A program made the position numbers and the translations under genes. Shown here one piece after another: positions 21,155 to 31,462 of a DNA stretch of 64,000 bases. The notes under the pieces were generated by a model that was not told where the DNA came from, did not search any database, and saw only the letters and a program-made list of their open reading frames with translations. Origin of the DNA: an uncultured delta proteobacterium (GTDB lineage: Bacteria > Myxococcota_A > Polyangia > Fen-1088); NCBI GenBank assembly GCA_963755125.1, contig CAVWIP010000018.1, forward strand, positions 128,001 through 192,000, given 5' to 3'. Position 1 is the stretch's first letter, and every line of letters begins with the position of its first letter.

Positions 21155-21347
21155 CTGCACCAATTCCCCCAAAGGGCCACTGTGTCACGCACTTTGTTGC
21201 AAAGGCGCTGACCCGGTTTGCCTGCCGAACGCTACTAAGTACTTCAAGAAGGTCTGACCTTGCTGCAAGGTCGAGTTTCGGCGCTGTACCTCCCCCGTCC
21301 AGCCATGATACTATGAAGAGTTCGATAACCCTGAAAGGAACGGAAGC

Positions 21348-23375
21348 ATGGCTTCTTTCTATCGCTTCGCGGGTTCTGTGTTGCTGACCGCAGCGTTTGT
21401 GTCCGGATGTTATGGCTCGGGTGCCACCACCTTCAAGGGGGGTGGCGGAACCACCACTGGCGCGGGCGGGACCAGCATCGGCGCAGGCGGCGAGACCACC
21501 ACGGGCGCGGGTGGAAACACCACCAGCCCGGGCGGGAACACCACCGCGGGCGGGACCACCACCGGCGCAGGCGGCGAAACTGCCACAGGCGCGGGTGGGA
21601 ACACCACCAGCCCGGGCGGCGAGACCACCACTGGCGCAGGTGGGAATACCACGGGCCCGGGCGGGAACACCACCGCGGGCGGGACCACCACCGGCGCAGG
21701 CGGCGAAACCGCCACAGGCGCGGGCGGGACTGCGACGGCCCGCACAGGCGGGACCACAACCGCGGGCGGAACCAGCGCCGCGGGCGGAACCAGCGCCGCG
21801 GGCGGGACCACGGCCCGCACAGGCGGGACCACAACCGCGGGCGGAACCAGCGCCGCGGGCGGAACCAGCGCCGCGGGCGGGACCACAGCCCACACCGGTG
21901 GAACCACAACCGGTGCGGGCGGAACCTCGACAGGCGCGGGCGGCGCGACTGGCGGGACTGCGGGAACGGTCACGACGCCCGGATGGGCAACGCCTGTGAC
22001 TGGCGGTCCCACGGGAACCGGGGTCACGGCCACGGTGACAGTGAACCTCGACTCCACCGTGGGGACGATCGGTTCCGATTTTGCCGGGTTCAGCTACGAG
22101 AAGTCGCACATTACGAACGATTCGCTCAACAGCACAAACACGAATTTGATTGCGCTCTACAAGCTCCTTGGCTCTCCGATGATGCGACTCGCGGCCAATG
22201 ACGTCGAGGTTTGTAGCTGGGGCGGCACAGGGACGGCACCGACGCAGCCATCGGGGCAGCCGTTCAACCATACCATCACCACCGGCATGGTCGACGAGCT
22301 GTGCAGCTTCCTGGCCGCGACGGGAACCAAGATCATCTACGGCGTCAACTACAAGTTGGACAACGTGACTGCCTCCGCAGCCGAGGCCGCCTACGTCATG
22401 AGCAAGTGTCCGTCGAGCATCGAAGCATTCGAGATCGGCAACGAGCTCGACAAGTATGGAAGCTGGACCTCCCAAGAAACGCAGTACGAGTCGTTCGCGA
22501 CCGCCATTCTCGCCACGCCGGGCGCCCTGATTGCCGGCCCGGGTTCCACGGGTGGGGGTTACTCATCGTTCAGTGCTCCATTTGCCGCGTCCGAGTCGGC
22601 GAAGTATGGCAGCAAGCTCACTCTCCTAACGCAGCACTACTACGTTGCCGGAGCCGGTTCGACGGGTGCGACTGCCTCCGCCCTCCAGACTGTATCGTCC
22701 ACCTTCGTCAGTCTCTGTACGACGATGAACACTGCCGCCACAAGCAACAAGATTCCCAATGGCTACAGATTGGGAGAGATGAACACCTTCTCCGGTCACG
22801 GTCAGCAAGGGGTGAGCGATACGCTCATCGCGGGTCTCTGGGCCATCGATCAGCTGTTCGTGATTGCAAAGAACGGCGGCGGCGGCGCCAATTTCCACGG
22901 CGGTGAGACGGGAATGGATGGAACCAAGCCTTTCTATTATGAGCCGATCATGGAGCTCAACGGAGTCGTGACACAGGTACAGCCGGAATACTACGGCATG
23001 CTCCTCTTCACCCAGGCCGGCACAGGCCCGATGGTGTCCACAACCGTCACGTCGAGCAACGCCAATTTCACCGCGTATGCCGTCAAGCCAAATGGATTCA
23101 TAAGCGTGGTGCTCGACAACAAGAACGCCACCAGCGGCGTCAACGCCACGGTGGATCTCGGAGCCGCGGTGAGCAGCGCGAGCGCGATCTATCTGCAAGG
23201 GACGCCTGCCGGCTCACTGACAGCAGCGGCTGGGAACGTCACCCTTGCTGACGCCCAGGTCACGCCGGCGGGTGTGTGGGCTCGCAATCCGCCCTATGTT
23301 CAGACGACGGCGGGAAATACCGTTTCCGTGTATGTTCCCCCCGCGAGCGCAGCGCTGGTGCGCGTGCTGCAATAG
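21348..23375 (+). CDS. GH79 (beta-glucuronidase/heparanase-like) lipoprotein with GT-rich linker
   Basis: VSGC lipobox; GFSYE; FEIGNE (acid/base); YRLGEMN (nucleophile); GVSDT..AGLW.ID; NFHGG; YYGMLLF. Confidence 0.88.
   Translation: MASFYRFAGSVLLTAAFVSGCYGSGATTFKGGGGTTTGAGGTSIGAGGETTTGAGGNTTSPGGNTTAGGTTTGAGGETATGAGGNTTSPGGETTTGAGGNTTGPGGNTTAGGTTTGAGGETATGAGGTATARTGGTTTAGGTSAAGGTSAAGGTTARTGGTTTAGGTSAAGGTSAAGGTTAHTGGTTTGAGGTSTGAGGATGGTAGTVTTPGWATPVTGGPTGTGVTATVTVNLDSTVGTIGSDFAGFSYEKSHITNDSLNSTNTNLIALYKLLGSPMMRLAANDVEVCSWGGTGTAPTQPSGQPFNHTITTGMVDELCSFLAATGTKIIYGVNYKLDNVTASAAEAAYVMSKCPSSIEAFEIGNELDKYGSWTSQETQYESFATAILATPGALIAGPGSTGGGYSSFSAPFAASESAKYGSKLTLLTQHYYVAGAGSTGATASALQTVSSTFVSLCTTMNTAATSNKIPNGYRLGEMNTFSGHGQQGVSDTLIAGLWAIDQLFVIAKNGGGGANFHGGETGMDGTKPFYYEPIMELNGVVTQVQPEYYGMLLFTQAGTGPMVSTTVTSSNANFTAYAVKPNGFISVVLDNKNATSGVNATVDLGAAVSSASAIYLQGTPAGSLTAAAGNVTLADAQVTPAGVWARNPPYVQTTAGNTVSVYVPPASAALVRVLQ
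21450..21960. repeat. Degenerate 18-24 bp coding repeats (GGxTT linker)
   Basis: Repeated GGCGGGACCACC and GCGGGCGGAACCAGCGCC blocks, including larger duplicated blocks. Confidence 0.85.
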
Positions 23376-23803
23376 GCTTTTGTCCGCGTTCGAATGGGCA
23401 GCCCGCGCGGTGCTGGCCGAATCGAATCGGCGTGAAACATTCCAGACAGTGAGGCGAGGGCGACAGCAGCACCTGGGCACAGCCGCACGGGGCGTTGTGA
23501 CGTGTTTTGGACGAGACGGGACACGAAAACCGTACTGTCCGAGGATGCGTCGCGGAAATTCATCAAACCGCGAGAGGGGCTTTCGGACAGCACGGGAGCA
23601 TCGCTGGGCGTTTCCTTTACATAGCTTTACGTTCCAGGAATGCGCCCGAAATATGTGACGCCGATGGCGGCTGACACGCGCTGGGGTGTCTTGTTCAAAC
23701 AGCTTCGCTGCCGCACTTGCCCGCAAGAAAATCAAGATCTCATCAGGAGCCGCCGTGACCTGTTTCTCCCAGTTCGTCCCCCTAACATACCAAGGAGATC
23801 GCT

Positions 23804-25855
23804 ATGAACAGCAAGAGCCTTGTCTTTCGGCATCGCTACGCGGATTCTTTGCTGCTAATCGCAGCGTTCGCGTCCGGGTGCTACGGCTCGGGTGCCAGTA
23901 CCTATAGCGGGGCGCCGCCCACGACCGGCGGTGCCGGAACCACGACCGCTGGGGGCGGGACAACCGGCGCCGGCGGCGAAACCAGCGGCGGCGGGAACAC
24001 CAGCGCGGGCGGAACAACCGGCGCCGGCGGCGAAACCAGCAGCGGCGGGAACACCAGCGCGGGCGGAACAACCGGCGCCGGCGCTGAAACCAGCGGCGGC
24101 GGGACTACCAGCTCAGGTGGAACCACGACCAGCGCGGGTGGAACCACGACCCGCACGGGCGGGACTACAACCAGCGCGGGCGGAACCACGACCAGCGCAG
24201 GCGGAACCACGACCAGCGCGGGCGGAACCACGACCAGCACGGGCGGAACCACGACCAGCTCAGGCGGAACCACGACCAGCGCGGGCGGAACCACGACCCG
24301 CACGGGTGGGACTACAACCAGCGCAGGCGGAACCACGACCAGCGCGGGTGGAACCACGACCCGCACGGGCGGGACCACGACCAGCGCGGGCGGAACCACG
24401 ACCAGCTCAGGCGGGACAACGGGAACGGGCACGACACCCGCATGGGGAACGCCCGTGGCCGGCGGCCCCACCGGTACGGGCGACACAGCCACGGTTACCG
24501 TGGCCCCCGGCACCACCGTAGGGACGATCGGTCCGGAATTCATCGGGTTCAGCTACGAAAAGACACACATCACGAATGACTCGCTCAACAGCACGAACAC
24601 AAACCTGATTGCCCTCTACAAGCTCCTGGGTTCTCCAGTGATGCGGCTCGGAGCCGACGACGTCGACAACTGTAACTGGGCTGGGACGGGCACGGCGCCT
24701 TCACAGCCATCGGGACAGCCATTCACGAAGAGCATCACGACCGGCATGGTCAACCAGCTCTGCAGCTTCCTGGCTGCGACGGGAACTCGGATTATCTATG
24801 GCGTCAACTTCAAGTCGGACAACGTGACTGCCTCTGCAGCGGAAGCGGCGTACGCCATGGGAAAGTGTGGGTCGAGCATCTACGGGTTCGAGATCGGTAA
24901 CGAGATCAATCGATATGGGAGCTGGGACACCCTGAAAACCGAGTGGGAGTCGTTCGCGACTGCCATTGTCGCCACGCCGGGTGCTCTGTTGATTGGCCCG
25001 GTTGCCGGCGGTGGAGATGCGCTGTCGCTTTCCACTCCCTTCGCGGCGGACGAATCGGCGAAATTTGGCAGCAAGCTCGTGCTTCTGACGCAGCACTACT
25101 ACGCTGGCACCGCCGGTACCACCACCGCGACGGTCGCCCGTCTTCAGACGCCCGACCCTGACTCCGCCACGTCGCAAGACGGGCTGGTCGGCACCGATTC
25201 GACCATGAACACCGCAGCCACTACCAACAAGATCCCGGACGGCTATCGCCTAGGGGAATGCAACACCTTCTCGGGTCACGGCCAGCAGGGCGTAAGCGAT
25301 ACGCTCATCGCGGGTCTCTGGGGGCTCGATTTGATGTTCGTGACTGCCGAAAATGGTGGCAGCGGCGTCAATCTCCACGGCGGCGAACAGGGAATGGATG
25401 GGTCGCGAGATTTCTACTATGAGCCGATCATGGAACTCAACGGTGCGGTGGTGGAGGTCCAGCCGATCTACTACAGCATGCTCGTCTTCCGCATGGCCGG
25501 CACAGGCCCGATGGTCTCCACGACCGTCACCACGACCAACCCAAATTTCACCGCCTATGCCATCAAGGCAGACGGCTTTGTCAGTGTGGTGCTCGACAAC
25601 AAGAATGCTACAGATGGGGTCAACGCCACGGTGAATCTTGGATCTGCGGTGAGCAGCGCGAGCGCGATCTATCTACAGGGGACGCCTGCCGGCTCACTGA
25701 CGGCAGCGGCCACGGCGGTCACTCTTGCCGGGGCCTCGGTCACGGCGTCGGGCGTGTGGAATCGCAATCCGCCTTACATTCAGACGACGTCGGGAAATAC
25801 CTTTTCTGCGTACATTCCTCCGGCGAGCGCAGCGCTCGTCCGTGTCCTTCAGTAA
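23804..25855 (+). CDS. GH79 lipoprotein, tandem paralog
   Basis: ASGC lipobox; FEIGNEI; YRLGECN; near-identical C-terminal domain to the 21348 gene. Confidence 0.88.
   Translation: MNSKSLVFRHRYADSLLLIAAFASGCYGSGASTYSGAPPTTGGAGTTTAGGGTTGAGGETSGGGNTSAGGTTGAGGETSSGGNTSAGGTTGAGAETSGGGTTSSGGTTTSAGGTTTRTGGTTTSAGGTTTSAGGTTTSAGGTTTSTGGTTTSSGGTTTSAGGTTTRTGGTTTSAGGTTTSAGGTTTRTGGTTTSAGGTTTSSGGTTGTGTTPAWGTPVAGGPTGTGDTATVTVAPGTTVGTIGPEFIGFSYEKTHITNDSLNSTNTNLIALYKLLGSPVMRLGADDVDNCNWAGTGTAPSQPSGQPFTKSITTGMVNQLCSFLAATGTRIIYGVNFKSDNVTASAAEAAYAMGKCGSSIYGFEIGNEINRYGSWDTLKTEWESFATAIVATPGALLIGPVAGGGDALSLSTPFAADESAKFGSKLVLLTQHYYAGTAGTTTATVARLQTPDPDSATSQDGLVGTDSTMNTAATTNKIPDGYRLGECNTFSGHGQQGVSDTLIAGLWGLDLMFVTAENGGSGVNLHGGEQGMDGSRDFYYEPIMELNGAVVEVQPIYYSMLVFRMAGTGPMVSTTVTTTNPNFTAYAIKADGFVSVVLDNKNATDGVNATVNLGSAVSSASAIYLQGTPAGSLTAAATAVTLAGASVTASGVWNRNPPYIQTTSGNTFSAYIPPASAALVRVLQ
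24100..24420. repeat. About 15 copies of a 21-bp repeat encoding GGTTT(S/R)(A/T/S)
   Basis: GGCGGAACCACGACCAGCGCG tandem units. Confidence 0.9.
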
Positions 25856-25938
25856 GCCGGGGACGCTGGCCCGCTCGGCTTGAGTTAACGTTCCCGCGGG
25901 ATGAAGATCCCAAGGCACCGCGCACACGGCCCACCCGT

Positions 25939-25973
25939 CCAATTTGACGCCAGGCGCGTAAATTGGGTATAAG
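25939..25973 (+). promoter_or_regulatory. Sigma70-like promoter overlapped by an inverted repeat (operator candidate)
   Basis: TTGACG-N18-TATAAG; CCAATTT-N14-AAATTGG palindrome overlaps the -35 box and spacer. Confidence 0.55.
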
Positions 25974-26046
25974 GAGAACGACGTAGACGATGAGCGCTGG
26001 AATGGGTTACGCTGCGGGAGTCTTCTGCGAAAGGACAGTCTGAGGC

Positions 26047-27675
26047 ATGTCTCGAACTTCGTTGGCCATCCTGATCGCCAGTTCCGGTCTGCTCGTGGTG
26101 TCGGCCGCTCGCGCGCAATCCAAAGACAAAGCTTCAGCGGAGTCTGCCGAGCAGCCGTCCCAAGAGGCGACTCAGCCGATTGAGTCTGCTGAGCAAACGT
26201 CCCAAGGCCCGACTCCGCCCATCGCCCTGCCGACCCGACAGACGATCTCTCCGACTCCCGTAAATCCATGGTTCGTCCGGCCTCCATTTGTCCTGACGGC
26301 CGGTGCTGCGTCCGACTGGAAGTTGACGATCTATGGCTTCGCCGAAGCCGACGGAATGCGCGACTCCACCCGGAGCTTCAACGATGGCTTGAACAGCAAC
26401 GTCATTGCGTACCCCTTGACGCAGGCCGGTCGCAACCCGCGCTTTCAGGCCACCATCCGAAACAGCCGCCTCGGATTCAGGGCACAGGCACCGGAATTCG
26501 GCGGCATTCGCTCATCGGGCGTGCTCGAGTTCGACTTGTTTGGCAATCAGCCAAGCATCAACAGCGGTGGGGGATCGCCCGGGGTGGCATCGGGCCCCGG
26601 CGCCACGACCGAAGCCGCGTATTTCAACAATGCCGCATTCCGTGTTCGGCACGCGTATGTGAAGCTTGAGGACGACATCGTAAACGTCGTGGCAGGCCAG
26701 ACGTACTATCTGCTGGGGTGGCAGAACTACTTCTTCGGGGCTTCGTGCGGTTTCCTCGGACTGCCGAACGAGTTGTTCAATCGAACCGTGCAGCTTCGAC
26801 TGAGCCACACCTTCGAGTCAAATCCAGTGAACTTCGAGATCGCCGCTGGTGCGTTCCGCCCTGTTCAACGCGATTCCGGGGTGCCGGATGCCCAAGGGGG
26901 CGCGCGCCTCGCCATCAATCATTGGAAGGGGATCACGACTCCGGGAAGCGGCGGAACGGATGCGCTGGCAGCCTCGATCGGTGTGTCTGGTATGGCGCGC
27001 TCGTTCAAGGTCGACCCGTACGCACCGCTGCCGGGCCCGCCGATACCTCTCATCGGGTGGGCACTTGCGGTCAACGCGCTCGTCCCAATCATCCCTGCGA
27101 GAGACGGCACCGACCGCGGCAACGCATTGACTCTAACGGGAGAGTTTGTGACAGGTACCGGGGATGCCGACCAATACACGGGCATGACCGCGGGCGCGAC
27201 CATGCCCAATGTATACCCCTTGCCTGTCGACACCCCTGTCAATGCTTTTGGAGCCGCTGTGCCGCAGACGACTGGGGCAGCGCCCCTGGTCGGCACCCCG
27301 TACACGCCCGACGTCGACCCCGGACTGGTGGCGTTCGATTCCAACGGCGTCCTTCACACGATCAATTGGCAGACATTCATCGTCGGCCTCCAGTACTACC
27401 TCCCCCCGACGGGGCGCATCTTCGTCAGCGGAAACTACAGTCAGGGAAAATCCAACAATATCGCGGGGCTCTATCACCCTATTTCGCCGAGGCAACCGTG
27501 GGTCAATGCCTTGGGCGTATTCCAGTCTTCCCGGTACGTGGACGGGAACATCTTCTTCGACGTGACGCCTGCTGTTCGGACGGGACTTTCCTATCAACGT
27601 GTCGACCAGAAACTCGCAGACGACACGAACGTCCACAACAATCGCTTCGAGATAACCTTCCTCTATTTCCTGTAG
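26047..27675 (+). CDS. Outer-membrane porin, DcaP-like
   Basis: Signal peptide (ARA); LTIYGFAEAD, NSRLGF, LEFDL, FRVRHAY and AGQT motifs; amphipathic strands; C-terminal FLYFL. Confidence 0.75.
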   Translation: MSRTSLAILIASSGLLVVSAARAQSKDKASAESAEQPSQEATQPIESAEQTSQGPTPPIALPTRQTISPTPVNPWFVRPPFVLTAGAASDWKLTIYGFAEADGMRDSTRSFNDGLNSNVIAYPLTQAGRNPRFQATIRNSRLGFRAQAPEFGGIRSSGVLEFDLFGNQPSINSGGGSPGVASGPGATTEAAYFNNAAFRVRHAYVKLEDDIVNVVAGQTYYLLGWQNYFFGASCGFLGLPNELFNRTVQLRLSHTFESNPVNFEIAAGAFRPVQRDSGVPDAQGGARLAINHWKGITTPGSGGTDALAASIGVSGMARSFKVDPYAPLPGPPIPLIGWALAVNALVPIIPARDGTDRGNALTLTGEFVTGTGDADQYTGMTAGATMPNVYPLPVDTPVNAFGAAVPQTTGAAPLVGTPYTPDVDPGLVAFDSNGVLHTINWQTFIVGLQYYLPPTGRIFVSGNYSQGKSNNIAGLYHPISPRQPWVNALGVFQSSRYVDGNIFFDVTPAVRTGLSYQRVDQKLADDTNVHNNRFEITFLYFL

Positions 27676-27689
27676 CTACGAGAGTACAA

Positions 27690-28097
27690 ATGAACGTGCG
27701 ATCCTCATTCATCGTCGGCGTTGCAGCGTTCATAGCCGCTGCCGCTAGCCTTTCCTGCTACGAGAGAGCACAGTCGTTTCAACCCGTCGCCTATGGCGCG
27801 CAACCGTGGAATCCGCCTCTCGGCTGGGATCCCGAGCCACCCTGCGTAGTTGGGTATTACGTCGCCATCGACACCTGTTCAGGATGCAGCACCCCAATCT
27901 CGTACGCTCTTTGCGACGGGATCAGCTTTAGTCAGTGCGTGTGCGGAGGTCCCTTTTGGCCCGGCGCAATATGCCCGCAAACATTTGCTTGCTCTACCAA
28001 CGATTTTCCCCCGTTCGGCTGGATCGAGTTCACGGATTACGCTGGCCCTGGCTGGGCCGGCCTTCACTCGAGTGCGAACGCGGACGCCGGCCACTAA
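27690..28097 (+). CDS. Small Cys-rich lipoprotein
   Basis: LSC lipobox; GYYVAI, SYALCDG, QCVCGGPFWPGA and NDFPP; paralog at 33685. Confidence 0.8.
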   Translation: MNVRSSFIVGVAAFIAAAASLSCYERAQSFQPVAYGAQPWNPPLGWDPEPPCVVGYYVAIDTCSGCSTPISYALCDGISFSQCVCGGPFWPGAICPQTFACSTNDFPPFGWIEFTDYAGPGWAGLHSSANADAGH

Positions 28098-28114
28098 CGA
28101 AGGGGCGGGTCGCT

Positions 28115-31100
28115 CTAGTTCCCTACGACAAACGAGGACTGTCCCGAGCCGACGGTGTACGTGGCCTGCACCGTGTCTTCCAAAACAAAAGTAGGTTGGC
28201 CCGCGCCACTGGCTGATGTGCTCCCCGGCTTGCTGATGGGCAACAGCACGGTTGCGCTCACGTTGTCAGGAATAGTCACGTCCAACGTCAGCCCACCAGT
28301 GGTGGGACGCTGCCAATCGATTTGCACGGCACCACGCTCGGTGCGAACCGCGCCATTGGCATAGGTGAGGCCGATCGCGGGCGGCGCAATTTGAATCGTG
28401 GACGCTCCCGGGCCGGTCACCTGCAAACCCAACAACGATTCAACAATATCGACAAGGGCCTGGCTGCCCCACCCGTGGGACTCACTTTCGCCCATGGCAG
28501 GAGCTGTCCACGATTCCCAAGTAAATGTTCCGCCCTGTGAGAGAATGTTGGCCCAGCCCAGCCCAGTCTGGTCCGTCAAGCGCGCGATGACTTGGTCCGT
28601 CCTGCCAGCAACGTTGAGCGCCTGCAGCAGAAAATGCGCGGTCATCGGACCTTGCTGCATGCCCAGCCCGGCCAGGAAGGTGGCAATCTGAGGCCAACTT
28701 GAGGAAGGAGCCACCCCAAACGCAACTGCGTACGAATTCGCAATCTGCGATGCGTGCGTGCTTTGCTTCCCCGCCGCCGTGAGACCGTCAATGTACATTC
28801 CGTCCGAGCGTACCAGCTTGGCGTTGATGGCCGCAGTGAGCTGAGCGGCGCGTCCCTGGTAGAGGCTTATCTCAGTGGTCGGCCGCCCCAGATCCGTTGC
28901 AATCGCAGCCATACTGTTCATCGCGTCCACAGCCAAAATGTTCACGGTCGTTCGAACAGCCGTGTTCATGTCGTAACCGAACCGTTCTTCCGCTGGCCAA
29001 TCAACGATGCCGTACTGATACTGGGTAGACAGATTACCGCCCGCAAGGTTCGTAACTAACCCGGTCGTGGCATTCACGTATTTCCATATGTATTCGGCGA
29101 CATTTTGCGCTGTATCGTAGGCGTCGGCCAACAGAGCACTGTCGCCAGTGGTCTGATAGTATCGCAAAAGCCAATTCGGGAACCTTTCCGTGTAGTCGGG
29201 AATGTCGCGCTGGCCATCCCCATTGGGATAGACCGCATTGAGGCGGCCATCAGGCCAGTAACGGACCTGAGAAGCCATGAATTCGCGAAGGGCCTTGCGT
29301 GTCAGAGAGCGCTCTCCCAGTCCGAGCATGGTCGCGTAGGAATCGTTTACCGCGTCCCCCAGAAACTGCCCCTTTTCCCGCGTCGGAGTGTCCACAAACT
29401 GCTGTTGCGTGGAGTACAGAGCCGAGCGCTGCACTAGATTGAACACCGCATTGACCGTCGCGTCCGAGCTGGTGAAGGTCGCGGCGTATTGAGGGGGCGG
29501 GTCCGAATGTTCAACGATTGCGGAAATCTGGCTTGCTGACAGAGTCTCTCCCGGAGTCGATATCTGCAAGTAACGCCAGCCGAGGTACGTGAAAGGCAGG
29601 AACTCTTGCGCCCCGTCGCTTTCAGTGTACGTGAAGGACATGGTAGTTTCTTGGGTCGAAGCTACGGCCGCTGACACATGCCCGTCGGAAGTCAGCTGGT
29701 AGCCGGTGAGAATACTCAGTTTGCGACCAGACTTCCCGGATTGAAATTGCACGTCCGGGCGCGCCGGTATCACGGTGCCGAAGTCAGCAACCACTGAGCC
29801 GTCGGAAAGGGTGTTGACCGAGACCGGCGTTGCGACACTGCGAACCACGCGCGGCTCCTGGCCCATCAGGTGCGTGAACACACCCGCCGGGTGCACGCCC
29901 ACAACCTGGGGGACCGCCCAAGGCGATGCGGTGTCAACGTAGCCAGGTTGGTCCCAGCCGGTGGGAGCTTGGGTGGCGTCGATTTCCTCTACGTACTCTT
30001 CGGAAAGATCGAGGAGCAAACTCCGGGTTGGGGCGCCCGTCTGCCACTGAGACGCGCGGCGAACGTGCCAGTTGCCGTCGGTAAGGATGATCTCTTGTGT
30101 GCCGTCTGCGTGCTCGACGACGAATCGACCCAGCAGGCCGGGCTGCGCCAACGGGCGACCTTTCCCCGCGCCATACCAGTGATAGATGATGCCAATGGCA
30201 AGTGGAGATCCCGCCTGTACCTGACTTGTGATGTCGGTCGCTTGGTAATACCCCTCGCCGGGATATGAAAAGGCGGGCCCACGATCGACGACAGTGCCGT
30301 TCAATCGCAGCTCGTACTGGTGATACGCGGACACGTAGGCGCGGGCCCTGGTGACTGGACTGGCGCCGATCGTCACTTCGCGACGCGCCAGCGTATAGTC
30401 ATCCGGCTCCGTGGTGGTTCGCAGAATCCAACTCGCCTGCCAATCCGTATCAGCAAGCCCCGTGTCGAAACTCGCGGCCGCCGCCCAGGGAGAGGCCAGG
30501 CCGGTCCGATCCCAGGTGCGAACGGTCCAGGTGTAGCTTGTGCCCGCGGCAAGCGCCGGCCCAGAGTAGGGAACAAAGGATTCGGCACTAGATACGATCT
30601 TGCCACTGTCCCAAATCAGCACGCCGTCACTCACGCGCGTCACCTGGATTTGATAGGCGGACTGAATCTCATTCCCGTCCGGGTCGTTGGGCACCCAGCC
30701 GAACAGCGGCGTTCCTTCCACATTCAGTGGCGCTGCGCGGCCCGCAATGTTGAGATCCGTTGGCGCCAGGGGAGCATTTCCACCCGTTGATTGTCCGCCC
30801 GCCCCACCGGTGGCAGTCGAGATGCCCCCGCTGGAGATCCCACCCCGCGACGACGCACCACCAAGCGTGCTGCCTCCCACTAGAGTTCCACCTGATGCCC
30901 GTGACCCGCCACTTGGCGAGCCCCCGCTTGTCGCAGAACCGCCAAGACCGCCTGAACCACCGCTCAAAATGACGCCGCCGGTGCTCGGCGCACCACCCGT
31001 CATCACAGAGCCTCCAGTACTTGCGCCAGCGCTGCTCAACGCACCGCCTGGCACCGAAGAACCGCCAGTATTCCCCACGCCTCCTCCTGGCGCCGAAAAA

Positions 31101-31348
31101 CCGCCAGCATTTCCCGCGCCACCACTGCTCGACGCGCCGCCTGCCGCCGAAGAACGGCCACTATTTGTTGCGCCTCCGCTCCCCCCAATTCCACCCGATC
31201 CAGAAGCTCCGCCGCCAGCGCTTCCTCCCGCGAGAGCTGAACCGCCCCCAGAAGATCCCCCTTTGCCGCTCGCGCTTCCCGAGCATGCCAGCACAAGCCC
31301 GAGCATCGCCATCACCATCGGCCGGCTAGAACGGGCTGCTTCCATCAT
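28115..31348 (-). CDS. GH78 alpha-L-rhamnosidase lipoprotein
   Basis: VLAC lipobox; Gly/Ser linker; QSAYQI, WDSGK, VADFG, DTPTREKGQFLGD, TFTWESW and SHGW. Confidence 0.9.
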   Translation of the reverse strand: MMEAARSSRPMVMAMLGLVLACSGSASGKGGSSGGGSALAGGSAGGGASGSGGIGGSGGATNSGRSSAAGGASSSGGAGNAGGFSAPGGGVGNTGGSSVPGGALSSAGASTGGSVMTGGAPSTGGVILSGGSGGLGGSATSGGSPSGGSRASGGTLVGGSTLGGASSRGGISSGGISTATGGAGGQSTGGNAPLAPTDLNIAGRAAPLNVEGTPLFGWVPNDPDGNEIQSAYQIQVTRVSDGVLIWDSGKIVSSAESFVPYSGPALAAGTSYTWTVRTWDRTGLASPWAAAASFDTGLADTDWQASWILRTTTEPDDYTLARREVTIGASPVTRARAYVSAYHQYELRLNGTVVDRGPAFSYPGEGYYQATDITSQVQAGSPLAIGIIYHWYGAGKGRPLAQPGLLGRFVVEHADGTQEIILTDGNWHVRRASQWQTGAPTRSLLLDLSEEYVEEIDATQAPTGWDQPGYVDTASPWAVPQVVGVHPAGVFTHLMGQEPRVVRSVATPVSVNTLSDGSVVADFGTVIPARPDVQFQSGKSGRKLSILTGYQLTSDGHVSAAVASTQETTMSFTYTESDGAQEFLPFTYLGWRYLQISTPGETLSASQISAIVEHSDPPPQYAATFTSSDATVNAVFNLVQRSALYSTQQQFVDTPTREKGQFLGDAVNDSYATMLGLGERSLTRKALREFMASQVRYWPDGRLNAVYPNGDGQRDIPDYTERFPNWLLRYYQTTGDSALLADAYDTAQNVAEYIWKYVNATTGLVTNLAGGNLSTQYQYGIVDWPAEERFGYDMNTAVRTTVNILAVDAMNSMAAIATDLGRPTTEISLYQGRAAQLTAAINAKLVRSDGMYIDGLTAAGKQSTHASQIANSYAVAFGVAPSSSWPQIATFLAGLGMQQGPMTAHFLLQALNVAGRTDQVIARLTDQTGLGWANILSQGGTFTWESWTAPAMGESESHGWGSQALVDIVESLLGLQVTGPGASTIQIAPPAIGLTYANGAVRTERGAVQIDWQRPTTGGLTLDVTIPDNVSATVLLPISKPGSTSASGAGQPTFVLEDTVQATYTVGSGQSSFVVGN

Positions 31349-31462
31349 CGACCTCCGCTTGCTGGATGTCTGGGCGACACTGTTCGCGCGCGGTGAGAAG
31401 TCGCTACCACCCACGCCAATGCACCCCACAAGGTTCGCGACCGCCGGGCAATGGCCCGCGCA

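Noticed and set aside
21410..24543. Val/Pro-rich antisense ORFs over the linkers (also near 32.7, 40.6 and 42.2 kb)
   Set aside because: Reverse-frame artefacts of Gly/Thr repeat codons.
26718..27689. Long overlapping ORF upstream of the small lipoprotein
   Set aside because: Out-of-frame shadow of the porin; the signal peptide starts at 27690.
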